Source: Podarcis bocagei (lineage: Eukaryota). Taken from it: 64,000 bases of DNA. This document shows positions 11,601-23,100 of the stretch, piece by piece. The stretch lies in the NCBI GenBank assembly GCA_964188305.1, contig OZ076885.1. One strand, given 5' to 3'. Position 1 is the first letter of the stretch. Every line of letters starts with the position of its first letter. The position numbers were made by a program, and so were the translations under genes. The notes under the pieces are model-generated. The model was not told where the DNA came from. It saw only the letters and a list, made by a program, of their open reading frames with translations, and made no database searches.

Positions 11601-14600
11601 TGGCTTAAGAAACAGATGCCTTCTGCATGCTCTCTTTAAAAACAGAGTAATTTCCAAAACAGAATTACTCTTGACTAGAACATGAGCCGGGATCTAGAAG
11701 TCTGCTGCTTCTCTGCCACCACCTGACAAGAACAGATCTGGTGGATGTAAGGAACAAAAGCATCACCCAGCTTGGTACAGAAGAATGAAACTACAACCTC
11801 GGCTTAAGAAGATGGCCCTCAATGATTTAGGGAGAAATCATTCCACATCACAATTGTTTACATGTACAAGAATAACCACAGAGAACTTGGCCTTGGAATA
11901 AAGATCTCTTGGCCTTGTGTAGATAATGGTTCAGCCACAGCCGCAGCACATTACAAGGCAACCAGCTAACAAGGGGAGGACTCACCTTGTCCTCTGACTT
12001 CCCTACTTCTAGTGAGCTATTAATGTAATTGACCATGGAGTCTACCAGCCCATGGCATTCACGCATTTTCTGACGAGTTTGCTGGCTGGCAGAGCTAAGA
12101 TTCCTAGAAGGGAAACACAAAAGCATGTCATCACAAGGAATAATATTCCTGTCACCTGAGACCTGCCATCACATCTTAAAAGGTCAAACTAATTAATATA
12201 CTAAATACAGAAAGCAGGAGATTCTGCCAGGTACATATCAGAGGGAAGCAGCATCTCTCGGGTAAATTATTCTGCTTGACCTGGCAGCTGCATATATATA
12301 AGGCAGAGAAAGAACATGATCTTGACAATGGAACCCCAAAAGTAGACTGCAGACCTAACCCTACTTACCTGAGAGCAAGGCCTGTTGAATTCAATAGAAA
12401 TTGTCTCTGAGTAAACATAGTTAGGACTGCACTTTGAGTCTCACTGTCAGGGGCAGCCAAATGAGATCCATGCAAAGAGAAATGGACAGGGCTGCACTGT
12501 CAGTCAAACTGGCCCATTTTACAATCCACGACAGAGCCCCATAAGCTATTCATAGACACCGCTAATAAGTGTGACGTTCTTGGCTTTAAAAATCAAAAGT
12601 GCCGTTTCATTGTGTGCATTGTTTAACAGTTAAACATTGCTTAACTGAAGTGCATTGTTTAACAGTCCCCTCCCAACCCCTTGCTTCTGTCCTGGATGGT
12701 GCACCAATTGATTGTTCATGCCATCTTAGTCAGCAGCAATGTACTAAGAGAAGGGCAGAGTGCGAATGACAACATTGGTGCCAGCTTACACTATGGACCA
12801 CTTTGACCTGCCATGGAAGCTTTTACAGTGTAAAAGCAGCGCTGCCTCTGTTTCTTTAATATTGCTTCACCAAGGATATTGAAATATTGCCACATCATGC
12901 ATAGCTTTCCCAAGTTGGTCTTATAAGGATCCAATAGCCATGGAATATGTCTTTCCTTTAGTAAGGAGAAATACCTGAGGAAGCCAGTAGCATTGTAGAA
13001 GATTTCTGCCTCTGAGGCATTTTGCTGGATAAGAGCAGCATTGCCTGTCCCAGACAGGGGAATCAAGACCAGGTCTGTGAGCTTCTCCAGGGTGTCACGG
13101 GCCAGGCGGTCCTTGAGGTTATCGCTGGAAGACAGATTCCAGAGGATTCCTGCAGAGCAATGAGACAAGCATGTGTAAGGAAACTTCACTACAGAAACCA
13201 CTGCTCCACAAGATGGGGAAACTCACAGCTTCCTGAGGAACTAAGCAGGAAGTAGTGTGTTTTTTTCATGCCTAGGTGGCTCCCATGTCCTATTAAATCA
13301 TCATCACTGTGCAAAATGCTTCACAGTCTTTACACACTTGTCGTCAGGATAAACCTGCACGTTAGGCCACTCATACTTTAGATTCACAGATAAGCAACTG
13401 AGGCCCAGTTTACAGGAACATTTCCTGACGTGTGCCAGCAAAACAGCAGGTTGCAGAGATCAGTCCTATGAAGGCCCTGACATCCCTTGACTTGGCCTGC
13501 TATTTCCTAGGACAACCCAGACCTAAAAGGTGTTTCAAAGCATTCCCACAAATACATTGGTACCTTGGCTTAAGTACTTAATTCGTTCCGGAGGTCTGTT
13601 CTTAACCTGAAACTGTTCTTAATCTGAAGCACCACTTTAGCTAATGGGGCCTCCTGCTGCCGCCGTGCCACCGGAGCACAATTTCTGTTCTCATCCTGAA
13701 GCAAAGTTCTTAACCTGAAGCACTATTTCTGGGTTAGTGGAGTCTGTAACCTGAAGCGTATGTAACCTGAAGCATATGTAACCCGAGGTACCACTGTACT
13801 TGTCATGTGGAAACATGGCAATCTGCCACAGTGGCTTCCCCTTATCACCAGCTTGGCACAGGGCAACTTTCTCAAGGTCACCCAGCACACCTATTCTCTG
13901 AACAGGGCTGTGAAACAAGGTACCTCAAGCCCCAGGCAGGCCCTTATTTTCTTCAGTTCTTCATAAAGGGAAGAACTGTAGCTCAGTGGCAGAGCATCTG
14001 CTTTGCATGCAGAAAGGTCCCAGGGTTCAATCCCCAGCATCTCCAGGTAGGGCTGGAAATCTCCCCCATATGAAACCCTTGGGAGCTGCTGCCAGTCAGT
14101 GAAGACAAAACTGAGCTATACAGACCAGTGTTCTGACTTGATATAAGGCAGCTTGCTATATGTTCCTTTCCTATGAATAGCACATGGCTTGCTATCTGCT
14201 GAATGGTTTTACTGGAACTCATCATACTTCATTTGATTTGGGGTTCTATGTACAGTGGTACCTCAGGTTACATACACTTCAGGTTACATACGCTTCAGGT
14301 TACATACTCCACTAACCCAGAAATAGTACTTTGCTTCAGGATGCGAACAGAAATCATGCTTCGGCGGCGCGGCAGCAGCAGGAGGCCCCATTAGCTAAAG
14401 TGGTACCTCAGGTTAACAACAATTTCAGGTTAAGAACGGACCTCCGGAACGAATTAAGTACTTAACCCGAGGTACCACTGTATAGGGTGTTTCCTTGAAG
14501 TTGGTCATGACATCTCCAGACAGCTATCCCTTTAAACATTAAGAGTAGCTAGGAAGCAGCCTCCCACACTATGCTATTTAAAGTACAGTTGAAGTGAATT

Positions 14601-16174
14601 GGAAAATCAATGTAAAAAAGCAAATATCAATCAACCATGTTCAAAACCTTCTTATAAACCCTGCAAAGCAATTAACCAGTTCCAAAGGGATAAAATAACA
14701 AAGCACTGAAAATCCAAGTATCTGCTCTGCAAATTTTGCAAGAAGCAATTTCAAAAGAATAGCTATATTTGCCACTCAGTTGTATGCTTTTGTTCAATGG
14801 GCAAGGTGGCCTCAGGATTCCAATATACAAACACGAAACTCTTTGGACTGATATCCTGGAATAAGTAAGAAGACGTTACTTTCCTACTTATCAAATGAAA
14901 CTAAGAAAATTTTCTATCTACATTAGTATTGTGAAAATGATGTACCACATGATGCTGTGGTTGTTTAAATATATAAAATGATGGGTGGGGGTTTTTTTTT
15001 TAAAAAAAGAGTAGATCTATTTGCTCCAGCACATTTTCAGAGCTCAAATCCACAACTACAGAAATTTCAAAATGAACAAAAATGCACCATTCAAAAAGGG
15101 GGACATATTCTGATCTCCTTGTGGTGGCACTTCCTTCTATTCATATGGTTTCCAAGGGTATACCTAATTATTTTGGAACGGGTGCTTGAAGTGTTGATTC
15201 CTTGTGGCAAATGGATCATTTGAAGGTTCCATCCCAGTACAAATATTAACATGTGTGTGTGTGTAAGATAACTGCTAATTTCAGTGGGGCCGCCATAGAT
15301 GAAAATATTAGAATGTTGAGCTGTTATCTCTGTTATCTGCTAACCACGCAAATCAGCCTGAGTGACAGGATGAGACCAAACAGCAGCCCCAGCAACTCCT
15401 CCAAGAAATGACAGCAAGAGAAAGATGCAAACAGACGCCATGTAGAAACTTGTATGGATCCAAGCCCTGTAAGACTGTCAACATTACTGGGATGCTTTAC
15501 TACAAAGACAAGAATGGTTGAGTCACACGAACTTGTTAGAGCAAGACAGCCCTGCAGGCTCTGCCATGTGTCAATCGTGTTCTTCCAGGAACTCATCTAA
15601 CCTCTTCCCTGTTGCAGTTCCTCAAACCTGAGATCTTTCCTGCAGTACTGACAGGATAATGTTTGACTTGCTCAGCTTTGTCCAGACCAGCTTGCTCTTT
15701 TTTCTTTACCTCTACTGGGACGCTCTACATCAACAAACAGACCAGATCCTCAGCCAGGCCCAGCACCATCTTTTGGAGGGGAGTGCTGGGCCATCTGCCC
15801 TCAGTGCCCCCCAGCACAAACCAGCCCCCCAATACCCACCATCACTTAGTTCCTTGGGCTGCAACCACTGGGCTCCCTCTTCCCCTAGCTCTGACATGGG
15901 CTCATCAGCCACTGCTCCGATTGGGTAAGCTGAATGGCAAATGTAACCATGAGCTCCCCCCTTGAATTCACAGGTGAGTAGGGTTACTCTATGCCAACAC
16001 TGGCAGAAGGACTGTAAAGGGCTGAATCAGAGCAGCCACCAGGCTCCCAGCACATTAAGGTGCTGCTGAGATAAGGGGCAGGGCAAGAAAAGTGTCAGTG
16101 CTGGTGTGCATGGACCCCTGGTTCCACTATGTTAGTAGGATCAACAGATATTCTGGATACAATTTTCAAGGAAG

Positions 16175-16235
<61 letters not shown>

Positions 16236-17074
16236 TATTAAAATATGCCCCAGAGAAAAAAATGCATAGTCATTTTGAGAAACAGAGTAACACAATAGGC
16301 AATGGGGAGAAATCAAAATTTTACTGGGGAAGCTCTATTTAATGGAGAAACGAGATAAATCAGGATAAGTGAGAGCTTGGTTCTCACAGAGTTTGCATTG
16401 CTGTGGAAGCAGAGTAGGAATGAGAGTTCAGCCCACAAGAGTGCTTCCAAGAGCCAATATTCATTCACATATGAAACAAAGCTAACGGTATACACCTCAT
16501 GTTGGGATTGGATGGGGAGCACTAAGACATAAACCAGGGGAAAAGATGTTGCAGTTCTGGAGGAAGAAATCTGTATACAGATTTTAGTATGAAAGGGCTA
16601 GGTAAGTAATAGATAAAGAAGATGAGGGAGGAAATTCCCATAAAAGAGTGAGTGGCAGGCATGATAAAAGGAGTGTTTTAACCAGCTTCAGGAGAAAACT
16701 AAAGGCATGGTGCAGATTTGGATGGGATTTATCCAGACTGAGATTGTGCACTGGTGATGATGAAGGATTTGGATTATAGGGAAGGGAACTATTACATAAA
16801 AGCTAGCAAAGTGGACAAGTTTGTCTGATTTAGAAAGTGAGCCTTGCACAGCACAGCAATTCACCCTGTCCGACTGGGACAAGTGGAACAACAAATCAAT
16901 AAATGCATCAGTGCTATGTTTGCTTTAAATGTTTTTAGATTACTGATTTGCCTATGACATGTCTCAGTAGGATACCCTGTATGCAGGAAAGGTAAGGAAA
17001 CATGCCCACAAAACATATTATAAATTTTGCCATGTGGGTTGCAAAAAGTGGGAGATCAGCATGTGTGTGTGTGT

Positions 17075-17114
<40 letters not shown>

Positions 17115-20100
17115 GCAGGCAAGAATGCAGTTGTCTTGTCTCCTCCCCACCCCCAATCCATATATACCAGCAGCAAAAGGCTAATCTCATGCACAGAACG
17201 AGGTATGCCCTGGGCTGTGATATCTGGGGATTACTCTTTCCATCCTCTGATTGTATTCAGCTAAAGCCACTTTCACAGACTCCACCATGCTTGTAATAAG
17301 CGTTAAAGCTCATTGCATCATAGCTCCTAGACCTAACTTTCCCATTAGCCTGGTATTAGATTAGACAATCAGAGCCTGTTGGGCAGGATTAGGAAGGCCC
17401 TTTTGTAAGAGAAGCAAATGTAATCTCTCCTGTTGGCTGGACCTCTATATTCAGTGCCCTTGCTCTCTCCCAGCGCAAAAGACAGTTGCAGACAGGCTGG
17501 AGTCAGGTCCCAACCCACACCCTGGCCCTCCCTACCACCTATATTTATCACCTTCCTTTGCACACCATGACATACAGAGCAACTAGAGTGCGTAATCTGA
17601 GGATTTGGAACTCCCTCCCCCAGCCCACGAAGCGCTCTGGATTCTGCCAGGTTTTATGTTTTCCTCTATGAGGATTTGCTGGTGCTTATCCCAGTTCTCT
17701 TTGTGAATGGGCACGGGTGCCAATATGAGCTCAGAGAGTATTTCAATAAACTGGGAGTTGCTAGTGTCCTGCTGATTTCTTCTGTTCACAGATTAGTGTG
17801 CCTTCAAGCTTTTTGTGAATTGAGAAATGAGACACCTGGAAAATTTGAGCTGAGTTGCAGGGGGTGGCGGTGGGGGGAGGAGAGTGGCTAGTTCTGAAGG
17901 GGACCTGGGACAAAAGGGAGAGGAGCAGCATAGAGAAAAAAGCTCTGGATGCGAATGTATCGTGTGCAGTGCAAAAGATGATGCAGGTGCAGGCAAGGTG
18001 ATTCATGGGCCAAATGCAATTAAGGTGCATGGAAAAAGACCAAAGTTGTTCTTCATATACAAATTCAAATACATGCAGGTGTGGGCTAATCTAGTCTTAT
18101 TTGAAGGCGGGGTGGGGTGTGGATTTATTAACAGCAAAATACTGCTCAAATGTAGGCAAGCCCTTACTTTGCATGCAGAAGGTCCCAGGTTCAATTCCTG
18201 GCACCTCCAGGAGAGCTGGAAAATTTGTATTGTATTGTATTGTATTGTATTGTATTGTATTGTATTGTATTGTATTGTATTGTATTGTATTGTCTCAGGG
18301 CAGTTCACAGTATTTCCATGTTCTTGCAGTTTTTGGCCCTGGTTCATAGTCAGTTGCATGTGTTAGTAATGCCGACCTTTTTGGACACAGGAGTTAAGAG
18401 CCCGGTTCTATAGTCCACTTGCTTGGGGATGCCACCAAAAATAGTTTCCCCAAGACATGTGGTCTCCCTCCTGCTGGAATATCTGACCACTACCACAAGG
18501 ATCAGGGCCATAATGTTTCTGCTCTCCTAACAGTGGTAGCCAAACCCATGGAGTACAGGCAGGCAGAATCCAAGCTGCAGCAAGCACTCCTAGGAGTGAC
18601 AGTAGGGCAGGGGCTACTCATGGGGAGACTATTTGGGGCAGCAGCTCTGTGGCAAATATAATGCGCAGCTCTAAGCACTGGAGAGCTTGCCTCATCATAA
18701 CTTGCCCGATGCAAACTTCTCTCACCTGTGACATTCTTGCGCAACTCATCATCTTGCTCGCATAAAGTGCGCATCAGCTCATAGATCCCGTTTTCTTCCA
18801 CCAGGGCCAGCTTGTTTTCAGCATTGTCATAGATGAGGTTGCGCATGGCTCCAGTGGCATGGCGCTGCACCTCATGGTTGGAGTTGTTGAAGAGCTTCAC
18901 TAGTTTGGGCACGGCTTGGAGGCTGCGAGCCTGTTGAGGCAGAGAGACAGGGGCAGAAAGAGTGGTACACTTGTCAGAGAGGAACAAGAAAGCAGGTCTC
19001 TGCGTGGAACTTTTCAGTATGCCATGCCACCTAAGGCTGCCTGCTCTGTTCTCATTCCAGATAACTTACTCATCCCCACAAGGCAAGAGCCCAATGCACC
19101 AGAATGAGTGCTGTTGCAGGCTTTTCAATGAGATGTATCAGTGACTAAACCTGCAGTCCACACTGGTCCCCCTGGGAAACAAGCTCAGGCCCTTGGCATG
19201 CCACGTTCCCAGTATCACCTTGGGATATGCCTCTGCTGCCTCACCTGTTTCTTGGCATCATTGTCGCTATAGCATTTGTGCTGGATGTAGGCAGCTCCAA
19301 GCACCTGTAGGTTGGGGTCACTGGCCATCAGGTATTTCACCGCAGAAGGGAGATCAATGTCATCAAACCTGAAAACCAAGGCCTAGTTAGAGGGGATAGT
19401 GTGCATTTTCCCATCTTCACCTCATTCACATAGAGCTCTAATAAATGTCCCCTGAATACTGTGCTTAAATATATATATATCCAAATGTATATTAAGCAAA
19501 TCTTAATATCTTTATTTTATCATGTTTGCAGATTGGAGGTATACAAAGGGTTTTTCTTTTCTTTTCATTTTTGCAAAACCAAAAGTATTTTGTAAAAAAG
19601 AGGGAGGGATAGAGGGGTTTGGAATTGAGAATTAGATGGCAAAGGAGAAGACTGCAAACAGGCATGAAGGACAGGAGAGTCCAGCACAGCAGAAAAGCAC
19701 ACTGAGTAACAACTGCAACCTTTGGTCAGGCTTACTCTGTTTTCTGAACCCTTACTATTTGGTTCTCGCAGTTCTGTGCCTTTCTTCCTAACTGCAATGG
19801 CTAGAAGAATGCTTTGTTCTTCAAAATTATGAGACTGGAGAGTCTCAGAATGAAAGATACCAGAATGGATTCCAGGTTCTGTGCTTCCACAATGGATATG
19901 CTGAAAACAGAAAGCTAAGTATAGTATTCCACCCCACACCCACCAAGGGAATTACAGAATGGGTTTCTGGGTCCCCCCCCCTGTTGTTATTCTGTCTCTC
20001 ACAGCTACAAAAAACCTACCATTAAAATTATGGACTGGTCAGAGGGCAAACAGGCAAACTTAGCAGGGGATCAAATACTTTCCCCCTCTCACTGTAAGTC

Positions 20101-23100
20101 AACACCCTACTAGCCATAAACAAGTGGATTGACAGAGGCTGTCACATCGCCTTGGCCAGGGGTAGGCAACCTAAGGACGGATGCGTCTCAATCGCCTTCT
20201 CAATCTGGCCCACGGACAGTCCGGAAATCAGCGTGTTTTTACATGAGTAGAATGTGTCCTTTTATTTAAAATGCATCTCTGGGTTATTTGTGGGGCATAG
20301 GAATTTGTTCATATTTTTTTCAAAATATAGTCTGGCCCACCACATGGTCTGAGGGACGGTGGACTGGCCCACGACTGGCTTCAGGAGGTTACATTCAAAG
20401 CACCCTAACATGAAGTTTCGGAATTATGGGGGAAAGAAGAGTAGAAGTCCTATCATCTTCTTTGAAGCACCATCAGTTGTACTTTGCTGCTAGAGTAAAG
20501 GCATACGTACTTCCAGAGAGGGACAACATTCATATGAGTCACTGAGCAGCATTAAACAAGTGATGATCAAGTACTTCAATAAAAAAAATATCACCAAGGG
20601 AGGAAGAACACTATGCTCTGTGTCCCTGATTGTTCCTCTTTTCTTAGACCACCTCCGCTGGGAACAGAGTGCCCCACACCCTGCAAGTAAACCACAGGAC
20701 ACTCACCCTCCAGAGAAGGACTGCTGAGACATCAGTGTGTTGTGACCATCGTACATGTCAATGGCACGCAGGTCTTGCAAATGGTGGTTGGAGTCAGCCA
20801 AGCTGCGCACAGAGGGGGCACGGGAACTGCGTTCCATCATTCCTGCATAGGAGTTCCCGGCCTGAGAAGCCTGGACCGTGCCATAGGTGCCCGTGCTAAG
20901 GCGGGAGCGGTTGTTGCTCTGGAAGCGCTGCAAGGTGCGCATGGCCGGCGCGCGGATGACAGGCCTGTTCTGTGGTGCCTCCACACCATCCATCCAGTCG
21001 ATGGGCCCCTTCATGCCGGCATTGGAGCCGGCACTCATCTGCCTTTCAAAGGTGTAGGATCTGCTGAAGCCGCCACCTGCCCGGTTTTTGTAGAGCGCTG
21101 CCTGGGCCAGTGGATCCAGCTGCTCAGACACAATGCTGTAGTGGTCATCCACACCCCCAGGACTGCCTGGCCCATCCGCCAGGCGCAGGGAGCGCAGGGA
21201 CATAGTGTCATAGTTCTGATGCCCCCGGTAGTTCCGCTCGTGAAAAGACCTGGGGCGGGGGGCAGTGCCGGCAGACTGAGACAGCGTGTAATTTGGGCTA
21301 TAAGCCAGGCCCTTTGGCCCAACGCCATTGCTGATGGAGGCCATTCTCTTGTTGGGTCTGAGGTCCACTGCTGAGCGAGAGGACCAGCTAGTAGTTTTCA
21401 CGGTGCTGTAACCTTTCTTTCCAGCTGGTGGTTGGTACAGCTACAATGGCAGGAAAGAAGGGAGTGCAATGTTTATTTTCAAAAGGAGATACTGTAGACT
21501 CTTCTATCAAATGAAATAATGCAGAGTATTTGGTTTGTCCTGCAAATGCCATACCCCAGCTGCAAGGTCAAGTGGGGATCTTTCCATACCACCCATTTAT
21601 TTGCCCTTGATGGGCACCATCCTCAGTGAACTGGCAGGCCACATTCTGCTCTCAGTTAACAGACATGCTGCTCTGCACAGAATCTTAAAAGCTGGCAGAG
21701 CTGGCTCTGACACCGTCACTGGGATATTTTACTGAAACAATCGCTGCAAGATTGCATAGTACCATGGGGACCACTTTTACAAAAGCAGGGAGGGCAAAAG
21801 TGGGAATTAGATTCCTTTAACGCTGGTGGTAATCATCACGACAGTCATCATCACCCACAATCGCAGTTCATTAGCAATCAATAGGCAGCAGAAAGAGCTG
21901 GGTTTTTGAACTTACAGAGCTTTTGGGGGCTGTGCCATTTGTCTGGGATCTGGAGCTGTAGTGCTGCTGCAGAGTGCTGCATTGGCCATTGGTGGAGTTT
22001 CCGCCTGCAGGACAAGAATACATTGAGCTCACTTAGCAAGGACAATATTGCTTTGTTTGGCAAACAGTCCAACAGTTGGGGCAGCAGGACAGCAACTGGC
22101 TGGAGTTGACTAAACTTGGAAGGAGAAATACAATATGTATGAAAATATCAGACTTTACCCTTCAAATTCTAGAGGTCTGGATTATGGGTCCATGGCAGAC
22201 CTCAGTTTCTATGTTAATCAAAACAAGTGTCTTGGCTTCAATTACTCCCATGTTATGTTTCCCAGTTAATCCTGGAAACTAGTTTATACTGTTACGGTTG
22301 GTTGTTCTAGCCTAATATTGTCCCCTCAGACTGGAAACAGTTCTCCAGGGTCCCAGGCACAGGTCCTTCTCAGCCCTGAAATGAGAGATCCTGTTAACGG
22401 GAGATGCCACAGGCTGACCCTGGGTGTCATGATTCCAGAGTGACCAGGACACAAAAATAGAGACTATAGCATCACCGGCCTAGGAGCTACATCAGGTTCC
22501 TGACTCTGTCTCCAATGCTGGTTCAGGGAACCACTGAAGCCCATCTCATACAACATGAGATGCAGCCACAAATGGAATCTTCCCCAGGGCCCATGGAACT
22601 GAGTGCCTCTCATACTAGCTTGCCAGTCTAATGGCAAAGAGAGTGTGTGCCAGGTAGGAAGCTATAGAATGCAGGAGAAGTCCCAGTCCTCAGGCCAGGG
22701 GGTGGGCCTTCAAGGGACTCTAGCAGGAGAAGCCTAGGAGAGGTGACTAGAGGAAGAGGCTCGAATTTTCAGTTCCAGCTCTGGTTTGAGCAAGTTGCTC
22801 AACTAAGAGCTCTTCTTGCTACATGGGCTCCTCCATGGGACCAGAAGAGGACAGTAGTGGACACTGCACATAGAAGTTGTAGTTCCTGGAAATAAAAGCA
22901 GAGGTACATCAAGAAGAACCCACCTAATCCAGCATTCTTTTTCTAGCTGAAAACTTGTAAGCAAGACATAGCATGATGTCTATGCTATTTGTCCACCAGA
23001 AACCACTATCCTCCATCTATATTTGGGAGATTCAATGTCACTGTCATGACTTCCTGCAATATATATCTTAGACCATGCAGCCTGTGTGAAGAAAGACCAT

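Noticed and set aside
13968-14045. tRNA-like A/B boxes, also near 43210, 45900 and 61110
   Set aside because: They run into shared SINE bodies and I see no intact cloverleaf; these are SINE heads, not tRNA genes.
17884-18413. Overlapping ORFs with CIVLY or NTIQY repeats
   Set aside because: Translation of the (TTGTA)n microsatellite and a SINE fragment.
20742-21374. 210-aa plus-strand ORF
   Set aside because: Antisense shadow of GC-rich PKP3 exon 3, with no recognisable protein.
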